Positions 14,197 to 26,929 of a stretch of 64,000 nt of DNA are shown here, one piece after another (the first letter of the stretch is position 1; each line of letters opens with the position of its first letter). Below the pieces are notes generated by a model that saw only the letters and a program-made list of their open reading frames with translations, did not search any database and was not told the DNA's origin. Source of the stretch: the human T2T-CHM13v2.0 reference genome, Homo sapiens; NCBI RefSeq assembly GCF_009914755.1, contig NC_060937.1. One strand, 5' to 3'. A program made the translations under genes and the position numbers.

Positions 14197-14304
14197 GGAT
14201 TTCAGCCATGATTACCCAGAAGTGTGTGTGTATGTGTGTGTATACTGCCACAAAACATAAGGAACAAAATAAGTTGAAAGAATCAAAATGAAATGACATG
14301 AAAA

Positions 14305-14510
14305 GAAGTTGTGATATAGGAGAAACAGAGTGAGAGCTGTAGGTTTGAGTGTACCACTTGCTGCCGTGTGTTCTTGGCTATGTTATAGAATTCCTCCAAC
14401 TTTGAGTTTCTCTATCTGTCTAATGGGAATAACAATCCATAAGAGAGTTGTGATGAGGTTTCAATGAGTAGGAAAAAAAATCTTTTAAAACTCTGAAGCA
14501 CTAATAAAAA
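14305..14510 (+). mobile_element. MIR
   Basis: GGTTTGAGTGTACCACTTGCTGCCGTGTGTTCTTGG..AGTTTCTCTATCTGTCTAATGGGAATAAC. Confidence 0.75.
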
Positions 14511-15445
14511 TTTATGGTACAAAATTCAATTTAAACTTTTGTCCACCATATAGAACAGTGTCAATGTTTATAGCAGAAACTGCTAAGAAATTGAGTTTGC
14601 ATTAATATATTACGCACAGGAAACATCAATATATCAGCCAATTTTGTTCTGTTACTGAAGAACTTGTAACGCTGGTTTCTATTAGGAGAATACCATTTTA
14701 AGGCTGAGGGAAATGCCTTTCTTTTCCATATGTATATAGCTGTTATCTTAATAAAGCTGTTATTGCATTGGGATATTTGCATTGATTTCAGGTTGCCTAG
14801 AATTTCCATTATGTAAATTTAGTTCCAACACAAAATACCTTGTTTGGCAATTGGCTTTTCAATTTAAAAGTTTGTCTCATTTTAATACCCCTCCCCAAAC
14901 TTTCATTTTTTGTCTTTTATTAACTTTACTCCTTTGCAGTTTGTTACTTAAACAACCGCTGGGATTAGAATCACATGTGAGTGACTCAGATATGCTTTTG
15001 ATCTGGACAGAGATGTTTCACTCAATTTCTCTAGCAATTTAGCAAATTTTTTAAAGTTTATCTTATGAAGTTATTTAGCTAAGATGTCTCTGAAAAAAGT
15101 TAATCAAGTAAGTTAATGTTGAACTCAAAGTCTGGATTTTTTTTTTTCCTGTTACCAAACAGAAAGGAAAATCATGATGTAAATCGTTTTCCTCAAGTGC
15201 AAGGAAACATACATCACCTTCTAAACCTGTTTCCAATGAATCTCTAATTTTTTTTCTTATTGACTATGGATTTGTAAAAATCTGTACTCATTCCTAGACA
15301 AAGAAAGGTAAAATGAAAGAGTCACAAAATGTATAGCCAGACAAAGATTTTAGCAATCCAGTGTTTTCTGACTTATTTTGGACCCCAGAACACTTTTCTC
15401 CATTGAAATCTTATATTAAAGCGATGGAAACAAAGGTGCTCAATC

Positions 15446-15786
15446 AGGGCTTCTTGAGCTTTAATGAAATCACCTGACAATCTTGTTAAACTGAAGATTG
15501 TGGTCTGGGATGGGGCTCAAGATTCTGCATTTCTAACCAGCTCCCAGTGGTGGCTGCTCCTGCTGGTCCACGGACCACACCTGAACAGCAAGACTTGGGT
15601 TAATCGGCTCTAAACTTAGCTGGACATTGAAACCATCAAAGAATATTAAAATATATTGATGCCTGGTTCCTCCCTGCACCTACCAGGATTCCAACTTAAT
15701 TGGTACGGATACATCCTGGGTATTGGGATTTTAAAAGCTCCCCAGGAGCTTTTCTAATATGCAGCCAAGTTTGATAACAACTACTC
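15446..15786. mobile_element. Two adjacent MER5-family (hAT-Charlie) elements
   Basis: GGTCTGGGATGGGGCTCAAGATTCTGCATTTCTAACCAGCTCCCAG..GCTGGTCCACGGACCACAC; second with TTTTAAAAGCTCCCCAGG..TAATATGCAGCCAAG. Confidence 0.85.
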
Positions 15787-15795
15787 TAGTGAAAC

Positions 15796-15828
15796 TGTGT
15801 GTGTGTGTGTGTGTGCGCATGCGTGTGT
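15796..15828. repeat. (TG)n microsatellite
   Basis: Direct read. Confidence 0.9.
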
Positions 15829-16749
15829 ATTGAAAGAACAGATGTTGTAGATGTCATTTCTCTTTCCTGATATCTCTCTCCTACACTATGACAAAAATGC
15901 ACTTAAAACCAGATTATAACTACAATTATTGTATGGTAAACTTTTATGGAACATAATATAATATAAATGCATTTAAAAGATTGTGAGTATAATTTTTGGT
16001 CTGTTCTTCATTTAACAATACACCATGGGTTAACAAATACTAGATAGCACCATCATTTTTAATGATTGTGAAATATGAATGTTCCCTGCTTTATTTTTCT
16101 AATCCTATATTAAGCACTTAACATGGTTATTTTAATATTAAAATGTATATGGTGATAAATAATATTCACCAAATACTTTACATTTCTGTTCTTATTTCCT
16201 TACAACAGTGGAATCTCAAGGTTAGGCAGTAGAGACTGCCCATCCTGGTGAGGAGGGACATTTAAATTGCAGATTTTGTTTAAAATTGCCTGTGCATGGT
16301 GAGAATAAAAAGCAAACTGACTTTTAGCCAGCCTTATTATTGTTGTAAATTCTCCACATACAATGCATCTCCTTACTGCCTATACCCTGGACATATTGTT
16401 TCCACCACCCTGACTTTGGAATGAAATCCAAACCGCCATCTCACAGTGAATTTTCACAATCTCTGGGTGCAAAGATGTGAGCTTTTCTAGGCCTTGAGAT
16501 ATATATCACCATATTTTATACAGAAGGCTATATTGCTCACATCTCCAACAACAAAATATAAAAATATGTATAAAAAGCTTATTTCAAACGATGGGTGCTA
16601 GTACTTTTAATACCTAACAATTTGGTAAATTTCCATATCCTTTTCCATTAGAAAGACTGAATATTTATTATGCCTGTTAGCCATTTGTATTCTTTTGTGA
16701 TTGCCTTTTCATGATATTTGCCTGTTTTTCAAATGGTGTTTGTATTTTC

Positions 16750-16763
16750 TTTTTTTTTCTTTT

Positions 16764-16802
<39 letters not shown>

Positions 16803-17093
16803 TTTTGAGACAGCGTCTCACGCTGTCACTGTGGCTGGAGTGTAGTGGTACAACCATGGCCCACTGCAGCCTCCACCTCGCAAGCTCAAGTGATCCGCCT
16901 GCTTCAGACTCCCATGGCGCTGAAACCGCAGGTGCACACCACCATGCCTGGCTTTTTTTTTTTTTTTTTTTTTTTGTAGAGATGGGGTCTCACTTTGTTG
17001 CCCAGGCTGTTCTCCAGCTCTTGGCTCAAGCCATCCCCCTGCCTTGGTCTCCCAAAATTCTGGGATTGCAGATGTGAGCCACCGTGCCTGACC
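16750..17093 (-). mobile_element. AluJ with (TAAA)n tail
   Basis: Alu body; (TTTA)n at ~16763-16805; TSD TGTATTTTC (16741-16749 / 17094-17102). Confidence 0.93.
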
Positions 17094-17104
17094 TGTATTT
17101 TCAT

Positions 17105-18980
17105 TTTTAAAAAATAAATTTTATTGTATATATTTATGGTATAAAACATGATGTTATAAGGTAGATATATATAGTAAATGTTTACTATAGTGGAACAACT
17201 TAACATATCCATCATCTCACATACTTACTCATTCTCCGCCCCACCCCATAGCAGGAGCAGGTATAATATACTGATTTAGCAAATATCCTGATTACAATAT
17301 ACTGCTATTAAATAGTCCTCATATCTATCAGAACTTCAGACTTTTTCATTCTGCATATTTACTACTTTCTATCTTGTGACCCATATCTTCCCATTTGCTT
17401 CATTTCACTGCAAACATGATAACTGCAGTTTTATTCTCTATATATTTGACCATTTTAAAAATTGCACATATAAGTGAGATTATACAATGTTTTTCTTTCT
17501 GTGTCTGTTTCATTCACTTATCATTAATGTCATCCATGTCCAGCCATGTTGTGGCAAATGGCAGGATTTCATCCTTTTTTCAGGCTGAATAATCTTCCAT
17601 TATATACATATATATGTTTTCTTTATCCACTGATCCATTGATGGACATTTTGGTTGTTTCCATATCTTGGCTATTATAAATATACTGCAAAGAACATGGG
17701 AGTGCAGATATTTTTAATATCTTTATGAGGTGGTGATTTTATTTCCTTTGAGTATATACGAAGAAGAGGGATTGCTGAGTCACATGATAGTTCTATTTTT
17801 AATTTCTTTAGGGACCTCCATACTGTTTTCCATATGTCTGCACTGATCTGCATTCCCACTAACAATGTAGAAGTGTTCCTCTTTCTCTGCACCTTTGCCA
17901 ATACTTATCCCTTGTCTTTTTGATAACAGCTATCCTAAGAGGTGAGAGTTGATATCTCACAGTGGTTTTGATTTGCATTTCCCTGAACATTAGTGATGCT
18001 GAGCACCTTTTCATGTACTTACCCATTTTTATGTTATCTTCATAGAAATACCTATTCAACTTCTTTACCCTTTTTAAAAAATTGGCTTATATGTTTTCTT
18101 GCTATTGAGTTATATAACTTCTTTATAAATCTTGAATATTAACCCTTATGTGATATGTGGTTTGCATTTTTCCCGAATCTGTAGGTTGCTTTATCATTTT
18201 CTTGATTGTTTCTTTGCTGCGCAGAAGTTTTTTAGTTTGATGGAGTCCCATTTATTTATTTTTATTGTTGTAGTGTGAGTTTTTGGTGTGATATGTAAGA
18301 AATTATTGCCAAGCCCAACGTCAAGGAGCTTTTCCCCTATGTTTCATTCAGGAGTTTTATGGTTTCAGGCCTTATTTATTCATTTCGAGTTAACTTTTGT
18401 ATATGGTATAAGATAAGAGTTGAAATTAATTCTTTTGTATATAGAAATCCAGTTGTCCCAGAACAATTTGTTAAAGAGATCATCATTTCTTCTACTGTAT
18501 CTTTTTGGTATTCTTGCCAAAAATTAGTTGACCGTATCTGTTGGGATTTATTTCTGGGCTCTTTATTCTGTTTCACTGATCCATGTGTCTGTTTTTATAC
18601 CAGTACAGTACTGTTTTGATTACTATAGCTTTATAATATAATTTTAAATCCAGAATTATGACACCTTCAATTTTTTTCCTTAGAATTGTTTTGGTTATTT
18701 TGGGTCTTTTGTGGTTCATATCAACTTCAGGATTGTTTTTCTATTTCTGTGCAGAATGCCATTGGAATTTCGATAGGTATTGCATTGAATCCATATATTG
18801 CTTTTGCTAGTTGGGATATTTTAACAGTATTAATTTTTCTAATGATTAATGCCCATGGAATATCTTTTCATTTATTTGTGTCCTCTTTAATTTCTTTCAT
18901 CAATGTTTTATAGTTTTCAGTGTACAATTATTTAATTTTCTTGGTCAAATTTATTCCTAAGTATTATATTTTCTTGTTGA
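17105..18980 (-). mobile_element. 5'-truncated L1MA element (3' UTR plus ORF2 C-terminal remnant)
   Basis: Minus-strand ORFs match the L1 ORF2 C-terminus (MKRCSASLMFREMQIKTTVRY; LKKLKIELSCDSAIPLL); multiple frameshifts. Confidence 0.93.
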
Positions 18981-19040
18981 TATGGAGAAACATAAGTGAA
19001 TAAAGCTATCATTTGTTTTCTGCCAAGTATATTAAAAGTA

Positions 19041-19198
19041 CAGTAAGTCTTCATTTAAAATTGTTGATAGGTTCTTGAAAACTGCAACTTTAGGTGAAAC
19101 AACATACAGCAGGTCCTTGACTAATGTTTCATTAAGCATTGTTTTCTTCTAGCTTTAATGATCAAAAATTGGTTTTGTTATACATTGTTTCACTTAAC
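19041..19198. mobile_element. MER6-like TcMar-Tigger fragment
   Basis: TA|CAGTAAGTCTTCATTTAA..GATAGGTTCTTGAAAACTGCAACTTTA..CAGCAGGTCCTTGA. Confidence 0.65.
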
Positions 19199-21120
19199 TC
19201 CCCATCTGTTTTTGCCATTTAAGTTTTTTATGGGATGATTTTTTTAACTTTAGTAGTCTAAATATTTATGTAGTTTGATCCATCAACCTTTTCCTTATGC
19301 TTACTTCTGGAGATATTAAGTCCCCTCTGGCCCTAGTATCATATATATAACTAGCCACCTAAGATTTATCCAAAAATTTTACATTTTACTTTGTCTTTAG
19401 TTCTTTAATTTACTGAAAATAATTTTGTTGCATGGCATTACATGAGGAAGTAATTTATTATCTTGTTCTCAAATGTTTAGAGACAAAATAACCATTTATT
19501 CTTTGTCCATTCATTACCTATTTAGTATCACAGTTTATTACATAATACATTAAAAAATATTTGGAGATGTCCCTGAATTATCCATTCTGTTCTTTATTTT
19601 CATCAATTTTCTATTTCAATATTGAAAGCTTTAATTATTTTAGCTTTAGAGTACTCTCTAATATTCAGCAACAAACATTCCTCTTTTTCAGATAATTTCT
19701 GATCATTTTTTAGTGATTGATCTTTTAGAAAAATGTAGAGTGCTATTTCAGTTTAAATAATATTGTTTTGTGATTTTTACTTATAATCACTGCATTTAAA
19801 ATTCAGTATATGTAAGTACTGGCATCTATACCCCTAGAAGTGTTTCCATCTAACAATATTGTATGCATATTTATTTACTTAAGAATTTTTTCCTGATATT
19901 CAAGAGAATTAGCTTTATTTGTATTTATTCACATTTATTTTAATGTATTTAATTATATATGTATAACATTGTATGTATATAAGTAAATCTAATATTGTGT
20001 CTGTGTGTGTGTCTGTGTTTGTGTGCGTCAGGTGTTGCTATATGGGCTATGCTAGCCTTCTAAACAAGAAATTGGGAAAATTCTTTAATTTTTTTTCATC
20101 TCCTTGTAGCTACTCTAATAGCTGAATACTGAATTCTACATAAGGCATTAAGAAATAAACATCAAATGAATTTAAGAACAAAATATATGCATGACATAGA
20201 CATTACTAAATCAAGATTTAGGCAGGTTGTCTTAATTTAAATGATAACTTCAGTAAGCATCAAAAGTCCCAAAACTAAGAAAATAATCACAGTCAAGGGA
20301 CTGAGTCATACTAACTTGAAAGAAGCTATAATCAGAATTTATAATCTAGTTGAAGACATAGAATGCCGGCAAATGAAAGAGTCAGGCAAAAACCTAGGAC
20401 AGTGTATGGTGAAAGATATACATATATAATGAGAATGTAGAATCATTGAACTTACATATATCAATATAAGAGTTAGCATTTACTAAATAAATGTGTTTGT
20501 CCAGAGTTTATGAAAATATTAAGACAGAACCATGAGAATGTGCTTGGTTAGTTCAGTGTGGTGACAGGCAGCCTAAAAGGAGTGAAACAACAGTCTCATA
20601 GCACAGCTTAAAGCACTCTATTTTATTCAGCTATGCTTAGAATACAAATAAAAACCCAAAACTGATCTCCTGGAAACTCTTCCAGCTCAGCAGTCTGTGA
20701 ACAACACCAAATAACCTTGAAACAAGTATTCAATGACTTTGTATTGAAGAGAAGTAATTTCACATAATGTTTTACTATACATTTTCTAGTATTTATTTCT
20801 CTGTGTGTTTTCAGACACACACAAATCACTGTCATTACCACCACATACACTCTCACAAATCACACAAATCCAGGGTTATCCAGTACTGAATTTTTTAAAT
20901 TTTCAGTGTTCATGCTTTTGTCTTGCTTTAGATGTATTTATACTGTACTTTGTTCATAGTTTTTTCTTTATTTTCATACTTTATTGTTTAGAGAATATTT
21001 TAAAAATTGTAGTAAGTTCTGTTTTTGTTCTTATCATTGTTAGTCATTTGAAATATTTTTTAGTACTTGTAATAATTATATTCAAGTATAAAAAAGTTTT
21101 TATCATAATAAAATAAAAAG

Positions 21121-21430
21121 AGATTGTCAGCTCCACATGCTATGCAGGAAGCATGGCTGGGAGGCCTCAGGAAATACACAGTTATGGCAGAAGGAGAAGG
21201 GGAAGGAGGCGCAATCTTCAATGGTGGCGAGAGAGAGAGAGTGAAGGGGAAAGTGCTACACACTTTCAAGCAACCAGATCTCGTGAGAACGAGACAGTAA
21301 TAGGGAGATGATGCTAAACCATTAGAAACCACCCCCATGATCCAATTATCTCCCACCAGGTCCCTCACCAACACTAGGGATTACAATTCAACATGAGACT
21401 TGGGTGGGGACACAGAGCCAAACCTTATCA
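21121..21430 (-). mobile_element. Truncated MaLR LTR (THE1D/MSTA-like)
   Basis: AGGAAGCATGGCTGGGAGGCCTCAGGAAA..TGGGTGGGGACACAGAGCCAAACCTTATCA. Confidence 0.88.
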
Positions 21431-21439
21431 GATCCACAT

Positions 21440-24400
21440 TTTTCCTCCACCAAAATCAATAAGAAAAGTGGAAAAAATGTCTAAAACAACTGGTTTTAAA
21501 AATTAGACCAAAAGCAACATAGGACTGTCATCCTGGAGAGAAGGGAAACAGATGATGTGAGTCCCACCCACAGTCTCACTGGGAAAGGGAACTCAAAGAG
21601 AGCCGAGTGGTCTGGACAAGTTGAGGGAATCAATATCAAAGTCTCCAGAGGCCAAGGTGACTAAACTTTGTGAGGCAGAATATTTGAAAGGACAGAGGTA
21701 CACAGAGGAAGAGCTCCAGAAATCTGCATAGGGCTTTCTTGTATCTTTGGCTATATACCTATCTACATATACATAGGTGAAACTTCATGCCGCTGGGGGA
21801 AAAATTAAGGGGAGAGAACAATTATCAGGGAACTCTAACAGGAAAAACTTCCAGAGCTCACTCAGGGATAGTTGCTTGAGTTTGTGTGAGTTAGAGTGAA
21901 AAGATGTCATTGAAAACATGAGACATGTAACTCAAGATTCCAGAAGTATTCTTTAACTGTGAAGCTAAAACAGGAATATAGAAAAGGCTATTGAAGACTT
22001 ACCCTTTAAAAGCTAAAAATCAAGATCTAAAAGTATTAAACTGATTTGTAAGTAACTTAATTTCCTGCCAGAACAAACTCCAATACTCATTAACAATACA
22101 CTAATATTTGCTAAAAAATGTAAAATTTACATTTGTGATTCATTAAAAAATAGTTTGTGAAGAAGAATTGTGATCTATAACCAGACATAAAATGAATCAA
22201 TAGAAACATAAATGGCAGAGATGACAGAATTAGCAGATGAAAACATTTAAAGAGCCATTAAAATATGTTCAATATGCTCAGGGTTTTAAAAAATAAGAAC
22301 CAAGAGGAATTTCTAAAGTTAAAAAATAATTTTTAAATGAAAATTTCACTTCAGTGGCTTAAAGCAGATTAAACAATCTTAAAGAATAAAATATCAGTGA
22401 ACTTGAAGAAATGCCAAAAGAATTCTATAAAATGAAGCACAGAGAATAATAAAGACCCAGTCATCTGTGGGAGTATGTGAAGCAGTTAACATACGAATGC
22501 TTGAAGTCCCGGAAAAAGAGCAGAAAAAAAATGTGAAAAATAGATGTTCAAAGTTTTGCAAATTTGAGAAAATTACAAGCCCATAGAAGCAAGAGGTTTA
22601 ATGAACCCCAAGCAGGATAAATACAAGGTAGATTACACCAAACATACCATGATCAAATTTCCGAAAATCTGTGAGAAATGGAAAAAATCTTAAGCCAGAT
22701 TTTAAAAAGGGATAATACCTACATAGATACGAAGATAATTGCCATAGACTTCTTGTTATAAACTGAAAGCCAGAAGACAAAAGAAGGACAACTTTAAGAT
22801 GCTGAATAAGAAAGAAAACCTGTCAATTCAGAATTCTGCATCAAAATTATCTTTCATATATTACGGTAAAAATAAATACTTTTTCTCATGCACAAATGAT
22901 ATGAGAGAAGAAAAACAATTTTAGAGCTATGCTAAAAAATTAAGAGTCTTGGAAGTGGTAAATATGTAGATATTACTAATAAAACATTTTTTCTAATTCT
23001 TTAATTTTGTTTAAAGGCATTAGATCGTTTAGAACAAAGTAACAACAATATTTTGTGGGGCTTATAACATATGCCAAAACAAAGTCGCAAAAGATAGAAG
23101 AAGGGATATGAAAGCATAATATTATAAGGTCTTTATACAATAAGAAAATTGGTATAATAGAATTGAAGGTAGAATATAATAATTAAAGATAGAATTACAA
23201 ACTGTAGAGAAATCAATAAGAAATAAAAAACAAGCTGGGTGTGGTAGCTCACACCTTTAGTCTTAGCACTTTGGGAGGCTGAGGCAGGAGAATTGCTTGA
23301 GGCCAGGAGTTCTAGACCAGCCTGGGCAATATAGTCAGCCCCAGTCTCTAAAAATTAAAACTAACAAAAATTAGTTGAGCATGGTAGTGTACCAGCTGGT
23401 ATAGTCCCAGCTACTCGAGAGACTAAGGTGGAAGCATAGCTTGAGCCCAGGAATTTGAGGCTACAGTGGGCTATGATCACAAAACTCTCTATGCTCTCTA
23501 GCCTGGGCAACAGGAAGAGACCTTGATTCTTAAAAGGAATAAAAACAAAGAAGTGTAGCTAATAAGTCAAGGATATATATAATATGAAGTTATAAAAATT
23601 TATACAATTTAAAATATTTCCAGGAAGAGGAAGAAGTAATAAAAACCTAATGAAACCATTAGGAAGCAAAGAACAAATGGTAGATTTAAATCAATCACAT
23701 CAGTAACCACACTGAATGTAAATGGTCTGAAGACTCCAATTAAAAAATGAAGATTATCAGATTGAATTTTAAAAAACTCGACTATGCCTTCCACAAACAA
23801 GAGCAAAATACAAATAAAGACACATGGAGCTAAAAGAAAAGGGTGGGAAAACATATTTCATACAAATACATATTTTATGAAAGCCTGCATAGCTAAGTTA
23901 ATATCAAAGCAGACTTTAGAACAAGGAATATTACCAGGAATGAAGACAGTCATTTTTTACTGGCCAAGGGGTCAGCTTATCAGGAAGACATAGCAGTTGA
24001 AAATATGTATGCATTTCATAGCAGAGCTTCAAAATATATTAAGTAAAAATTGACCTAACTGAAAAGGAGAAATCGAGAAATTCACAATTATAGTTGGAGA
24101 TGTCAACACTCCTCTTTTGATATTCATATAATAAGAAATAGAAAATAGGGATACAAAAAATTAAACAGTACATTCAATTCATTTGAACACTCTTCTAAAC
24201 AACTTATAAGTAAAAGAAATCGAATAGTAGCAAATATTTAGAATTCAATAAAAAGAAAAATATATGAAATATGTAAAGTGATGCTAAAACAATAATTTGA
24301 TGAAAATTTTTACCTTTATATAAGTATATCCAAAAAAGACAAAAGGCTACAAACCAAAGACATTAGTTTTTATTTTACAAAGCTAAAACAAAGGAGTAAA

Positions 24401-24480
24401 TTAAAGACAAAGTAAATAGAAGCAAAGAAACAAAGTAAGGTAATCAATGAATCATAAAGTGCTTTACAAAATCAGTGTAG
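21440..24480 (+). mobile_element. Old L1M 5' portion (5' UTR, ORF1 and ORF2 endonuclease remnants)
   Basis: ORF1-like ATCAGTGAACTTGAAG and GAACCCCAAGCAGGATAAA; EN-like KGWENIFHTN and IVGDVNTPL (TAGTTGGAGATGTCAACACTCCTC). Confidence 0.85.
23233..23536 (+). mobile_element. AluJ inserted in the L1
   Basis: Alu dimer; flanks AATAAAAAACAA / AATAAAAACAAA. Confidence 0.92.
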
Positions 24481-26556
24481 AAATATCTGCTCATTGAGGA
24501 CACCTGAGGTTGTATAGCCCCTGGAATACTAGAAACTTACAGAGGCCAAAGATCTTAATCAAGAAAACGGTTTCAGGCAAAGAACCATGTTATCTCTATC
24601 TTTAAGTCTCCCACAACACCTGGAATGGTGCTACGTACATAACAGCAGCTCAGTGATGTCTGTTGGATTGAATTGTATTGAGTCACTATGCATATCTTAA
24701 TAATGCTATTCCTGAATCTACCAATTTTGAAACATACTCATTATGTAACTTCTGTTACTTTAAGAATTTAAAAAGCGAATAGGTGATAGTGTGTTATCAA
24801 CACCAGTAAACTTTCATGCATAAAACTTCAGGTATTCGAATTAGTTTCTAGAAATGTTCTATTGGCTAAATGCATGTTAAAATGATTTAATACGTACACA
24901 GACAAGTATCAACGATGTGACCATAACAGCTCAACATTTTAAGCTACCACAACTAATTCTCATCTTTATGTGAAAAAAAAGCATAAGAGAAGGATATTAA
25001 TCAATAGCTTCTTACCCATAAACTGGAATGAATTAGCTATTTGAAATATAAACTGGGTTCCTCTATTTTCTGGTTGCACCTACTCCAGAGAAAAGCAATG
25101 AGTCATTTTGAGGGTTCCCCAAGTCCAAGTTCAGGTAGCTTTGTCTGTTGGGAAGCATAGGGCAGTTAGATAGGGAGAAGGAGAAGCTTCAATTTCAGAT
25201 CTTTTCCTTCTGGTGATTATCTTTTTGGGTAGATGATAATGTTTTTCTGAGTGGGTGCAAAACTCCCTTTTGATTTGTCAGCTTAAGTATCATTTACTGA
25301 AGTAAAACCTCTAATTTCCACACTAGTTTTGCTCCTGTATCATGATTACATAGATCTCTGTTCTTTTCCTTAACGAAACTGGACCTCTAATAGTTTTTCA
25401 AAGTCTATCTTTACTTATTTATTTTTGCTGGATTCTAAATTACATGAAGGCAGAAAACCTGTTTTGATGTTTGCAACATAGTATGTGGTCAACAAATATT
25501 AAATGAATAAACAAGTGAATAGGATTAAGCAATAATGCTAGGAGATTTCTTAGGCTCTATCTTGAAGTTCTTTTCATCTTTATATCTGGCATTGGCCTTT
25601 GTGAGTCTGTCTTTATAATTTTAGATTTTTAAATGCATTCTGAAGGCTCAGAGATGGGAGTAGCAGTGATTCAGTTATGTTGTTTAAATTTCAGGCATAA
25701 CACAAATCTCTTTCTTAAAAAATATACCTTATAATAATCACAATCAAGCAGTTATAATAATTGAATAGAATTTATAATTCAGATAATTTTTACATTAAAT
25801 TTTGTCTGTACTGTACATACCTTCAAAGCTAGTATTCTAGCAGTTTAAACATCTTCCTCATGTTCACTATAATTATACTGATAGAACAATAACAATAATT
25901 TATAAGGCAACTCTTCAGCCAATTATAATATATTAAGCTTTTAATATTAGTAAGTCCATTTGTAAATTATTTAAAAGAGGACTTTAAAACAAATTTGGAA
26001 ATCTTTGATCATATCAAAGAAAAAGTAATTTTTTTATTAATCCTGAAGAGATTAGCTTTAAAAAGCCTTAATTGTTTTGGAGTTTCTGCAACATTTTCCT
26101 GTTTATCTTAACACTCCCACAGTAACACCTTGCATAAATTTACACTGGACTCTTTTCAGAGTAGAAAGGCATTGGGAATAGAAGATATTCTGTGCTTGAG
26201 GAATGTGAAGGAGTTTCACAGTTTTGGCTCTTCGATACATCTTAGTTCTTGAGTAATTAATAGCCCTCTTACAGATGAAATGCTTAAGGTCTCTCTGTTG
26301 CCAGAGTGTATAGATTATCTCTCTAGTCCTTGTATCCTACTTCTCAAGAGGGCAATGCAGGTGTTTGCACAGTATATAAAATAAATTCCATTGCTTGGGG
26401 GACACATGACATCATCTAGAAGATTTTTGCAGATGATATTACAAATCCAACTCATGAGCTGTATCATACACTGAAGAAAAGATAGGGCAGGTACCATTTA
26501 ATACATGTTTAATTGCAGGTCAAATATTAGGTAGTTTAGAGTAGACCTTGGCTTTT

Positions 26557-26929
<373 letters not shown>

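Noticed and set aside
17674-18619. ORFs resembling L1 ORF2
   Set aside because: Frameshifted fragments of a dead L1MA; annotated as mobile element
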